A stretch of DNA of 64,000 bases from an uncultured Nitrososphaerota archaeon. Lineage in GTDB: Archaea; Thermoproteota; EX4484-205; JAAOZP01. The stretch covers positions 1 through 64,000 of the forward strand of contig CAYQCW010000001.1 of the NCBI GenBank assembly GCA_964416155.1. Reading direction: 5' to 3'. The notes beneath the pieces were generated by a model, which saw only the letters and a program-made list of their open reading frames with translations, did not search any database and was not told where the DNA came from. Numbering within the stretch: position 1 is the first letter of the stretch; each line of letters begins with the position of its first letter. The position numbers and the translations under genes are program-made. Shown here piece after piece: positions 47,426-56,649 of the stretch.

Positions 47426-48202
47426 ATGCATCCAGTGGTGGTTGTTGAAGGAGGCTGCCTACCGGAGGTTTGGGAGAGGTCGATAATCGGGCTCTGGAAC
47501 AAGGGTGTGAACATTAGAACAGAATATGGGAACGACAGCAAGGACTGCACGATGCTGATGATAATAAGGAAGCCGTTGTCAGAGCCGAGAATCCATAAGG
47601 CTGGGCTGATGGTTGGAAAGCTTTCACAGCTTGAAGAATATGTTCAGGAGGTTTGCAACGGGATACATGATTCCTACGTTGAAAGAGGGATATGGCCCTA
47701 TACTTATCATGAACGCTTACGCTCTTATAAGTGTTGCAGTGAGACGATTGACCAGATAGACTACATAGTTAACAAGCTTTCTAAAACACCTTACTCCAGA
47801 AGGGCTCAAGCAATAACTTGGAAACCATGGGTTGACCCGAGGATTGAAGACCCGCCCTGTCTCCAAAGACTCTGGTTCAGGGTTTATGGAGACAGGCTTA
47901 TAATGGAAACCTGCTGGAGGTCTAGGGACGCTATGAAGGCTGCTTTCATGAACATATATGCCCTAACGATTCTTCAGAAACACGTGGCGGAAGAGTTGTC
48001 GAAGACGATTGGGAGAACAATTGTTCCAGGCGAATACGTGGATTTCTCCAACTCCTACCACATATATGAACCGGATTTTGAAAAGGCGGAGAACCTTGTT
48101 AAACGCGCTAAGGAAGCAGGATGGGAGACACGCTGCTGGAGCACCGAGCAGTTTAAGAGCCTCGTGGAGATGGAGAACAGGGTTAAGAGGCCCTCTGGCT
48201 AA
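47426..48202 (+). CDS. thyA: Thymidylate synthase, archaeal ThyA type
   Basis: YTYHERL, DQI, SRRAQAITW, catalytic PPCL, WRSRD..KA..MN, SYHIY. Confidence 0.9.
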   Translation: MHPVVVVEGGCLPEVWERSIIGLWNKGVNIRTEYGNDSKDCTMLMIIRKPLSEPRIHKAGLMVGKLSQLEEYVQEVCNGIHDSYVERGIWPYTYHERLRSYKCCSETIDQIDYIVNKLSKTPYSRRAQAITWKPWVDPRIEDPPCLQRLWFRVYGDRLIMETCWRSRDAMKAAFMNIYALTILQKHVAEELSKTIGRTIVPGEYVDFSNSYHIYEPDFEKAENLVKRAKEAGWETRCWSTEQFKSLVEMENRVKRPSG

Positions 48203-49059
48203 ACTGTTTTAGAGATTAGCTCGAGCAACCCCTGCATCGAGACGTATGAAGCAGCGTAGGCGCCTGAGCTGAACTCTTTTCCACCAGGGGTTTTAAGCAA
48301 GGATTCTTCAATGTTCCTCATCACTCGCCAATGAGTCTCTAGGGAAACATAGCCTTCATACATCATCTCCTTCAAGGCTCTCAGGTTTTCCTCTATTTTT
48401 GCCCGGCCGTCTCCGACTCTTAGAAACCTTACTTCAGAACCCTCCTTAACCCCGTCTTTAACATGGACATGTGCTATAAGCTTTCTCACGTAGTTAAACC
48501 CTGTCGGATAAGGCTCCTCACCCTCCTCATCCATCAGCTCATTACCGGGGTCCCAGAGGGCCCTAACGCACCTTGCCCCTAGGGAGTTGATGAAGTCTGC
48601 CAGAATCCTCCCGTTCCCGACAAAGGTTGAAGGCTCGTTTTCAACAATTATCGTAACACCGTGCTCCTCAGCCGCATCAACTATCCTCCCGAACTTCTCA
48701 ATTATCCTCTTCTTGAAATCCTCATACCTCCCTTTTTTCCAGAAGGTAAAAGCCCTAACCAGCCTTGTGTCAACATGGTCTGCAAGCTCAACCGCGCTCC
48801 TAAATATGTTCAAATGCTTTTCATATTCCTCGGTTGAATCAACATCGCATTTAAAGGTGGGGGATGCGATTGCACACACCTTTAAACCATTATCCTTGAG
48901 AAACTTTTTCAAAACGTTTTTCTCGCTAAGAACCTCTGGAAAACCCTTATCCAGTATTGTCCTAATCTCTACAGCATCTAAGTTGAAACTCTTGGCGAAC
49001 CCTCTCACCTCGTGAAGATCTTGGGAAACCTCATCCGTTATGAAGGATGGTTTAAACAT
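48199..49059 (-). CDS. Sugar phosphate isomerase/epimerase (xylose-isomerase-like TIM barrel)
   Basis: ITDE, VENE, LWDPGN, HVHVKD, SLETH. Confidence 0.88.
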   Translation of the reverse strand: MFKPSFITDEVSQDLHEVRGFAKSFNLDAVEIRTILDKGFPEVLSEKNVLKKFLKDNGLKVCAIASPTFKCDVDSTEEYEKHLNIFRSAVELADHVDTRLVRAFTFWKKGRYEDFKKRIIEKFGRIVDAAEEHGVTIIVENEPSTFVGNGRILADFINSLGARCVRALWDPGNELMDEEGEEPYPTGFNYVRKLIAHVHVKDGVKEGSEVRFLRVGDGRAKIEENLRALKEMMYEGYVSLETHWRVMRNIEESLLKTPGGKEFSSGAYAASYVSMQGLLELISKTV

Positions 49060-49080
49060 AACATTAACTCACCTGGCCCT

Positions 49081-50139
49081 TTATTCAACGAGGGGGAGAG
49101 TCACTCTACCCCCGGTTCTATGAGACTTATAGATGGCTAGAACGATCTCCAGCGACTTCCTAGCTTCCTCACCTGGGACTGCAGGAGCCCTGTCCAAAAC
49201 TATTGCCTCGAGAAAATCCCTAACAGCATCATCGTGGCCTATAAACGGGGTTAGCGTCTCCTTTCTTTCCTCAACGCTTCTGACTCTTATCCCGCTTTTC
49301 TCATCCCACTCTTTTGCAACCATTTTATCACTTCCTATGACTGTTGATTTTTTAGTCCCGTAGATTGCGACCCAATCCTCCTGAGGCTGGAGGTTGACAC
49401 TCCCCAGTATAAAGCCTATGGCACCGTTCTTAAACTTTAATATCGAAACCGCGATGTCCTCAGTTTCTATATTATGCATCATGGTGTCGTATATCCCGTA
49501 AAGATATTCGACGGGCCCCATTATCCATTGCAGCATGTCGACCAGATGTATGCTTTGATTTATTAAAGCCCCACCGCCCTCCGTAGACCATTTTCCGCGC
49601 CAAGATTTTGCAACATCATTCATATGATAGTAGGATTTATCCTCCCGGTACCATTTGACAACAGCCTCTCCGTATATCGGGATTCCGAAGTCTCCTCTCT
49701 CAAACTCTTTCTTAACCCTTTGAACATCAGGGGAAAAACGGTTTTGAAAAACCACTGCGAGTTTAACCCCGTTTCTTCGACAGGCATGTATCATCTCGTC
49801 AGCCTGATTCAAAGATATTGCTATAGGCTTTTCGCAGAGAACATGCTTCCCCTGTTCCGCAGCCTTCACCGTTATTTCAGCATGCAAGTGATGCGGAGTG
49901 CAAACGCTTACTGCATCAATATTCCTGTCTTTCAACAACTCTTCATAGTTTCCATAGATACTCGCTTGGAGACTCCATTTCTCAGCCAAAGCCTTAGCTC
50001 TTTCAACCCTGCTGTCAGAGAGAGCTATGATCTCAGCCATACCTGACTTCAAATACCCCGAAACATGAGAACCAGCAACGATACCACACCCGATTACCCC
50101 AACTCTTACTTTTTTTTCGTTCATCCCACTTCGTCGCAC
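49081..50139 (-). CDS. Gfo/Idh/MocA family oxidoreductase
   Basis: GVIGCG, CEKP, WRGKW..EGGGALINQSIH..D. Confidence 0.9.
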   Translation of the reverse strand: MRRSGMNEKKVRVGVIGCGIVAGSHVSGYLKSGMAEIIALSDSRVERAKALAEKWSLQASIYGNYEELLKDRNIDAVSVCTPHHLHAEITVKAAEQGKHVLCEKPIAISLNQADEMIHACRRNGVKLAVVFQNRFSPDVQRVKKEFERGDFGIPIYGEAVVKWYREDKSYYHMNDVAKSWRGKWSTEGGGALINQSIHLVDMLQWIMGPVEYLYGIYDTMMHNIETEDIAVSILKFKNGAIGFILGSVNLQPQEDWVAIYGTKKSTVIGSDKMVAKEWDEKSGIRVRSVEERKETLTPFIGHDDAVRDFLEAIVLDRAPAVPGEEARKSLEIVLAIYKSHRTGGRVTLPLVE

Positions 50140-50168
50140 AGTTAAATTGGAAGCAGTATATAAAGGAT

Positions 50169-51491
50169 TTGACTGAAAGCATGCACAATATTTATAAGCC
50201 TAACGTCTTTTCAGAAGAAAACATGGAGAAGGAAAAACGATGCTCCATGATTTTTGAAGAGATTCCCAACATTCCACTGGTAGACATACATACGCATCTG
50301 GATCCTCAAGTATTGAAGGCTAAGGATTTATCTGAAATAGTGCTCTACCATTACATCGCCACTGAATTGGTTTCCTCAGGAATGCCTAGGGAAATACTTG
50401 GCTTAGAAGACCCTGTTGAAAGAATTAGGAGAATCATCCCCTTCCTGAAAAACGTGAGAAACACCTCGACTTTCTGGGCTTTAAGAAGAATTTTAAGCCT
50501 TTTTGGTTTCAAAGAGGAATTGACAGAGAAAAGCTTCCCCCTGCTTCTAGACAAATTCACGGATTTTGAAAAAAACTTCAACGGCATCAGTTTCCTGAGG
50601 GAAAGCGTAAAGGTTGAGAAAGCTTTTCTAACGCTGCAATTCACAGATACGGATTTAGATTTCGACACTTCTTTCTTCACCGGCTCTCTACGGCTTGAAA
50701 GAATATCTAAGGAAATCTCGAAGGAATCGTTTAGAACGCTTGAAGACATGTTCTCGCTGAAAGTAAAAAATGCTAGGAGCATGCGGGATGCTGTGATAGA
50801 AGTATTCGACAAGTTTAAGAACCGTGTTTCAACAATCACTATAAGCCTGAACCCTAGTGAACACATCATTATAGATCCTAGAGAAGGACTTGTCGAGGAT
50901 GCGATTCGGAGGGTGGAGGCCGGAGAAAAAATGACCATAGAAGAGAAAAATGCGTTACTATCCTTTGTGGTGAACGAGTTCCTCAAGTTGATTAAGGATG
51001 AAGAGATTGCTTTTCAATTGATGCTGGGTGTTGAAAGACCTGTTGTCGGAGCCTCACCGCCAGACTACGCGATAGTCGCTAATGATCCGAGTCAACTGCT
51101 CTCGCTCTGCCAATTGTTCCACAAGTATAAGGAGATTATTTTTGACCTCATATCTGCAAGCAGGATACAGACCCATGAGCTTGATGTGGTAGCTAAGAAC
51201 TACCGAAATGTTTTCGTCTCAGGTTTCTGGTGGTACTCATATTATCCATCCATAATGATGGAGAGGACTGTTGAGAAACTGCAAATGCTGCCTATGAATA
51301 AGTGGTGCGCTTTCTTCAGCGACGCTCATGTTCCAGAATGGGTTTTCGGCAAGGAGCAGCTTGTTAGGCACCAGCTCGCCCTCACCTTGAGCGATTTAGT
51401 TGAGAAAGACTACATAGATATGGAGCTTGCGTTTGAGGCGGCAAGAAGCCTGCTTTATGAGAACGCGTTGAAAATCTACAATTTGAAATGA
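50169..51491 (+). CDS. Uronate isomerase-like (UxaC-like amidohydrolase fold)
   Basis: DIHTH, YHY, GFWWY, FFSDA motifs. Confidence 0.7.
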   Translation: MTESMHNIYKPNVFSEENMEKEKRCSMIFEEIPNIPLVDIHTHLDPQVLKAKDLSEIVLYHYIATELVSSGMPREILGLEDPVERIRRIIPFLKNVRNTSTFWALRRILSLFGFKEELTEKSFPLLLDKFTDFEKNFNGISFLRESVKVEKAFLTLQFTDTDLDFDTSFFTGSLRLERISKEISKESFRTLEDMFSLKVKNARSMRDAVIEVFDKFKNRVSTITISLNPSEHIIIDPREGLVEDAIRRVEAGEKMTIEEKNALLSFVVNEFLKLIKDEEIAFQLMLGVERPVVGASPPDYAIVANDPSQLLSLCQLFHKYKEIIFDLISASRIQTHELDVVAKNYRNVFVSGFWWYSYYPSIMMERTVEKLQMLPMNKWCAFFSDAHVPEWVFGKEQLVRHQLALTLSDLVEKDYIDMELAFEAARSLLYENALKIYNLK

Positions 51492-51627
51492 TGGTTTTAA
51501 GCCAGGTCCAGATCTGAGAGTCATTTGATACGTTAAGACATATTTTCTAATCCTATTCTTAATTGCAGACATTTCCCCCAACTACCCGGTTCTATGCAAT
51601 AAGGTTAGCTTAATTTAAAACGAGACT

Positions 51628-52557
51628 TTACTGGTAGAATATTTTGCTGGGCGGCAAATTCTTACCCCGCTCTCTCATAAAGACGCCAACCTCAGCCAAT
51701 TTCGGTATCCCTGCTCTCCCCCCAAGCTTCCTGCACTTCATCGCCGCTACTGCATTCGAAAATTCTATAACAAAATCTAAAGGCCATTCTTGCAGCATTC
51801 CGTATACAAAAGCACCGCTATAAACATCTCCGGCACCAGTTGTATCAACCACGTCAACGCGAAATGCTTCCTTTTTAATTATCGTGTCTCCAGCTACACA
51901 TAAAGATCCTTGGTCGCCCAGAGTAACCGCCACCACCTTTGGACCTGCCTTCAGAAGAATTCTAGCAGCCTCCAAGGGCACCTGTCTCCTTGTTATTGAA
52001 CGCGCCCAATCAAGAGACGCTATGAAGACATCAACGCAACTAATAATCCTGTTATATTCTGGCGCGTATTCTGCCGTACTACAAAAGACGGGGATTCTAT
52101 TTTTCTTTGCAATCGTAGCTGCCCTTATTGAAGCTTCATGAACACCGTCTATGTACAATGCTCCTGCTTCACTTATCCAATTCAAGTTAGCCTTGGCAAC
52201 ATGATCCAGCAATGTTTCATCATAATAAAACGCAATAGTTCGCTTACCTGAAGATTCGTCCACAAGCACATACGACGTAGGAGTAAGTAATCCTTGTGCA
52301 ACTATCATGTGACTTACGTCTACACCTTCATCAGCAAGATCAGACATCACGAATTTACCATTTTCATCGTCTCCAACACACCAAATCATGGTGGTTTTCA
52401 AGCCTAATCTAGACATGGTTACGACAGCATTTCCAGTAACTCCACCTCCTTGCTTCATCATTTTTGTCATCCGTATTTTTTCGTTGCTGCTCGGTATATG
52501 CGGAACAACACCTATGTAGTCGACACCGCAAATACCTAGCCCGACAACTGAAGACAT
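51628..52557 (-). CDS. PfkB/ribokinase family sugar kinase
   Basis: GGGVTGNA, VTLGDQG, VVDTTGAGD. Confidence 0.92.
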   Translation of the reverse strand: MSSVVGLGICGVDYIGVVPHIPSSNEKIRMTKMMKQGGGVTGNAVVTMSRLGLKTTMIWCVGDDENGKFVMSDLADEGVDVSHMIVAQGLLTPTSYVLVDESSGKRTIAFYYDETLLDHVAKANLNWISEAGALYIDGVHEASIRAATIAKKNRIPVFCSTAEYAPEYNRIISCVDVFIASLDWARSITRRQVPLEAARILLKAGPKVVAVTLGDQGSLCVAGDTIIKKEAFRVDVVDTTGAGDVYSGAFVYGMLQEWPLDFVIEFSNAVAAMKCRKLGGRAGIPKLAEVGVFMRERGKNLPPSKIFYQ

Positions 52558-52660
52558 TACATATCGTCGCTTTAATATTGATTCACGTGTTTTTAAATTA
52601 TTTTAGCGCGTGCTAAGTCAGTCTAAAGCTAATCGAAAAGAAGGATTATTTGAAAAGAAC

Positions 52661-54271
52661 CTATACTAACTGTTTAAGCCTCTTTATATGCCCTTTTCCG
52701 ACTCCTCGGACAGCACATCTGTTCTTCAAGTACTCAATTATCTTATTATCTTCGACAATGTTGAAAGCATCCACGATTGCTGGAGTACCCCCGTTAATCC
52801 TTAGAACCTCCTTAGGCTCCAGCTGAAGGTAATCGTTATGCCTAACAGCGAAGACTATGGCGTCAGCATCCTTGACAACCTTATCAAGATCCTGCTCAAC
52901 CCTCAGATTCTTCAAGTCATCCTGGTTCCTAAATTGCTTTGCCAGCGAGAACTCGTCTTCATCCTGCTGGGCAAACTCTGGCCAGACCTTCACATAGGGA
53001 TCGTGAACCCTTATTTCAGCACCCATTTCCCTAAGCCTCCTTATCAGGATCTCTGAAGGCGAGTGGCGAGTATCACCTATGTCCGCAAGGTAGGAGGCCC
53101 CGAGAACCGCTACGGTTGAGCCCTTAATACCCCTCCCACTCTCCTTAAGAGCATCCGCAACCAAGTCGGCGGTGTGAAGCGGCATTTTATCGTTTATGTT
53201 TATCGCTTCAACGGTGTATGGCACGCCATCGCTGCATCCGAATATTTCCATGAAAGCCCAGTTAGCCAGCACGCTGTCCTTCGTTAAACAGTACCCGCCA
53301 ACACCCAGTCCAGGGTTCATAATGTTGCTGTGGGTTGGGCGAACCCTAATCCCTGGGAGAACCTTCCAAAGATCTATCCCTATCTCCTCAGCCCTAAGCG
53401 TCCAATCGTATATGAAAGCTATGTTTACTGCCCTGTAAGAGTTCTCCAGTACTTTCGCGACTTCAGAGGCAGTTGTGTTTTCAGCCTCGTAGAGAGGATA
53501 GGTGATCACTCGTGATAAGAATCTTCTCGCAAGCTCAGTACTCTCCCTGTCTATTCCAGCCCAAGTTCTCCAAAAGTCCCTTATGGAGCTGACGTATTTC
53601 CTACCGGGCATAACCCTCTCATAGGAATGAGCCAGATGCGGTGGTTTAGTTATGCCCCTTTTCTCCCTCTCTTCCTTCAGTAGGGGGAGGACGATTCTCT
53701 CACAGGTTCCTGGAGGCACAGTGGTTTCAACCAGAACTAGAGCATCCTTCCTCATGTATTTCCCTATTGTTCTGCAGCCGGCTTTGAAAGAATCCAGCTC
53801 AATGTATCCTGTTTCGGCCTTTCCGAAAACAGGCTTCGCAGCGTCCAGCTGTATGTCGACAACGATTATGTCGGCAAGACCCAGCGACTCCTCGCAGCCA
53901 GTAGCCATCAGGGTCTTCTTTTCAAGAACAGTCCTCCGAAATATTTCAGGTATCTCAGGATCCTCTGCACTCATGGGAGGCTTCCCCGAGTTTATGTAGG
54001 GAATCTTCCAATAGGATCTTTTAGAAGGCCTTTGGTAGCCGAGCACAAAGTATGGAGAATCCTTCGCGTCCGCGACGACTGCGGCCATGACTGCCCCGAC
54101 GAAACCCAGCCCCATGACTGTAACTATCTCTCTCCCCATAGCCCGCTGATCCTCAACAATCTTACTTATGCTTGCAAGCTCAGCCTTCAACTCTTCTCTA
54201 GTTGGAATCCTATACTTAATACCTTCTGGTGAAACAGAGTATTCCGACATTTCTAACCCTCCGGATGCCAC
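52661..54271 (-). CDS. Nucleotide-sugar 6-dehydrogenase (UDP-glucose/UDP-ManNAc dehydrogenase family)
   Basis: GLGFVG, VETTVPPGT, ERVMPG, K..EN.YR.VNIA, catalytic GGYCL.KD, D.R.SPS, HDPYV. Confidence 0.92.
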   Translation of the reverse strand: MASGGLEMSEYSVSPEGIKYRIPTREELKAELASISKIVEDQRAMGREIVTVMGLGFVGAVMAAVVADAKDSPYFVLGYQRPSKRSYWKIPYINSGKPPMSAEDPEIPEIFRRTVLEKKTLMATGCEESLGLADIIVVDIQLDAAKPVFGKAETGYIELDSFKAGCRTIGKYMRKDALVLVETTVPPGTCERIVLPLLKEEREKRGITKPPHLAHSYERVMPGRKYVSSIRDFWRTWAGIDRESTELARRFLSRVITYPLYEAENTTASEVAKVLENSYRAVNIAFIYDWTLRAEEIGIDLWKVLPGIRVRPTHSNIMNPGLGVGGYCLTKDSVLANWAFMEIFGCSDGVPYTVEAININDKMPLHTADLVADALKESGRGIKGSTVAVLGASYLADIGDTRHSPSEILIRRLREMGAEIRVHDPYVKVWPEFAQQDEDEFSLAKQFRNQDDLKNLRVEQDLDKVVKDADAIVFAVRHNDYLQLEPKEVLRINGGTPAIVDAFNIVEDNKIIEYLKNRCAVRGVGKGHIKRLKQLV

Positions 54272-56601
54272 TCGCCATGTTTAAAGATTATTAAGCTTTT
54301 CCATTCGCTACCCGGTGATTTCCACCCCTCGTCGACAACCATGTCGCTAAGGCTCTCCCTGTCGATTATCGTCCTTTTCGCAAGCGAGCTGTTAACTAAG
54401 CATCTTTTCAGGATGCTGTTCCACACTATGGCACCCCTCTCGATCCTGCTTCCCTCTATCATCGAGTTATGTAGTACGCACCAAGGCTTGACATGAACCT
54501 CTCCTCTGAAAACGATCACTCCGCTCAGAAAGGAATTGACACCAACATAGAAGTGAACATCACCGTATTCGTCTAACCCAGGTATCTCGTTGAACGCTAG
54601 AGACCTCAACTGCCTAGTGAACTTCTTGTCGAACTTCTTTAAACCACCCTCCTTTTCAGCAATCCTCATCATATCTCGCAGAAAAAGCTTCACCCTGCTC
54701 TCCACGTATATACGTGCACCCAAGTCTACAGTAACTCCGAAAACCTTCTCAATCGCTTCTAGAGAAGACCCCTCTAACAATTCCAAGTCGGCGTAATCCA
54801 TATCCGGGATTTCCCTCACCTTTCCATATGTTTCACCGTCTCTCGAGCAGACCACCATACTCCTTAGAAGCCTGAAGGCATCGACTTCGGCCTGAAAGAT
54901 GTCGCACCTCTCCACTATGGTGTTCTCCCCAATAATTGAGCCAACTATAGTGGAATCAATTATTCTAGCGTTTTTCCCGATTCTTACAAAACCTAAGGGT
55001 GGAGCAATAATGAAAGAATTACTTATGCAAGAACCCTCCTCTATGGTTACGTTCCCCCTCATGTCAACCCTGCCTGAGAAAACAGTCCCCATCCCTATTC
55101 TGCTGGTGTCAAAATCCTCACTGACCGTTATTACAGCCTCCCCCTCTGTAACACACCCTTTTTCCATAAGCATCCTGGCTAGCTTCCTAGACTGCAGCAT
55201 CGCTCCAACCCTAGCCTCACTCCTATAGTCGTATCCCTCGCCAACGCCCTCCCCACCTTTAAGCAGGTATATGTTGACCCTCTCCCCCTTTGAAACAGCC
55301 TCTTTAGAGACTTCCGGCAGGAAGTATTCACCGCCAGCATGCTTTTCCAAAACGTATACTCCAGGCGGGCTTGGCCCAATCCTTCTACATAAGTTTATTG
55401 AAAGCAGCTCCTCTTTAGGCAATCCATATCTCTTTTCATCAGGTTTTAACGAAAAAATCTCGGGGTTCGGCACTACAATCTCTAAACCATCTTTTAAAAC
55501 CCGCCCGTAGTTAGGAGCGTCAACATCCCTCATAACGTTAAGATAAACCTCAGCGTTCACAACCATTAGCCCCGTGTTCCTCTCCCTTATCGCGTTAAGA
55601 TAGTCTGTTGAAACCTTGAACTCGAGGAGGTTCACCTCCAGTGAACCGATGCTTCTCCTCTGCTCTTCAGTAACCCCGATTTCATCCTGCTCCTTAATAT
55701 CTAAAAATTCGTCTGACCTAGGGTCGAAAAGCAGAGCCTTCCCGTCTAGCTTAACCCTTCTCTCCTCAAGCCGCTCTCTTGAAAGAACTATTTTCCCATC
55801 TGGAAGAGCCTCCCTTATGGGATGGCATATGCATATTTTGTCTCCAGCCCGATCAACATCCTGCTTCCTCAGGAAAATGAATGAGGCCCATTCACCGTAT
55901 TTCGCCGTATCCACCTCGGGAAGCCTAAGCGCAATCAGCTCCCCGCTTTTAATCATCCTGTTTATCTCCAGCGATTTTCCATCCTTAACATCTTTCTCAT
56001 CCACCATACCTAAAACCTTCTTCGGGTGTCTAACTATCCTCCCATACATGAATGGATCACCCTTGTCGGACGTGACTACAGTGATCTTCGCGCCTGAAGA
56101 CACGTGACTCATTATAATGCTCCTTATCTCTTCAGGAGGAACTGTCGGCACATCCCCGTAGTATATGAAAACGTATTTCGCCCCACTCTCTTCAACAAGC
56201 TTCTTACCCTCAAAGCTGGTTGCTGCAGCACCAGTACCCTTGTCACCAGGGTTGTCGAAAAAAACCCTGACATTCCTCCATTTCGCAGCCACATCTTTCA
56301 GATCCATCAGCGCCTTGAGGTCTATAAGGTCCCGTTCATCTTTACACTCTTCAACGCTCTCCACCACCTTTCTGCCGACTGAAAGAAGAATCGACTTAAC
56401 TAGGCCGCATTGCATTATGGTGCCGAATATAGTGTCCAAGTATGTTTTCCTCCAGAAGAGATCTCTCATCGCAGGCTTCGAAATAGTGTCAGTATACGGG
56501 TCTAACCTGGTCCAAAGCGGCGTAGACCTGAAGCCTGAGCCGCCGGCAGGAACAATCGCAACAGTGTTTTCCCTGATTGTCTCTTCAGACCAGCTTTCCA
56601 T
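54253..56601 (-). CDS. Large GlmU-like sugar-1-phosphate nucleotidyltransferase with insertions and LbH repeats
   Basis: AIVPAGGSG.R, SKP, KGTGAA, YGDVP, YGRIVR, NTG, GEYFL; C-terminal hexapeptide-like repeats; 782 aa. Confidence 0.8.
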   Translation of the reverse strand: MESWSEETIRENTVAIVPAGGSGFRSTPLWTRLDPYTDTISKPAMRDLFWRKTYLDTIFGTIMQCGLVKSILLSVGRKVVESVEECKDERDLIDLKALMDLKDVAAKWRNVRVFFDNPGDKGTGAAATSFEGKKLVEESGAKYVFIYYGDVPTVPPEEIRSIIMSHVSSGAKITVVTSDKGDPFMYGRIVRHPKKVLGMVDEKDVKDGKSLEINRMIKSGELIALRLPEVDTAKYGEWASFIFLRKQDVDRAGDKICICHPIREALPDGKIVLSRERLEERRVKLDGKALLFDPRSDEFLDIKEQDEIGVTEEQRRSIGSLEVNLLEFKVSTDYLNAIRERNTGLMVVNAEVYLNVMRDVDAPNYGRVLKDGLEIVVPNPEIFSLKPDEKRYGLPKEELLSINLCRRIGPSPPGVYVLEKHAGGEYFLPEVSKEAVSKGERVNIYLLKGGEGVGEGYDYRSEARVGAMLQSRKLARMLMEKGCVTEGEAVITVSEDFDTSRIGMGTVFSGRVDMRGNVTIEEGSCISNSFIIAPPLGFVRIGKNARIIDSTIVGSIIGENTIVERCDIFQAEVDAFRLLRSMVVCSRDGETYGKVREIPDMDYADLELLEGSSLEAIEKVFGVTVDLGARIYVESRVKLFLRDMMRIAEKEGGLKKFDKKFTRQLRSLAFNEIPGLDEYGDVHFYVGVNSFLSGVIVFRGEVHVKPWCVLHNSMIEGSRIERGAIVWNSILKRCLVNSSLAKRTIIDRESLSDMVVDEGWKSPGSEWKSLIIFKHGEWHPEG

Positions 56602-56649
56602 GATGGAACCTGAAGATTAAGAGTTTTTTTTAAAGTTTAAGGGTATAGT

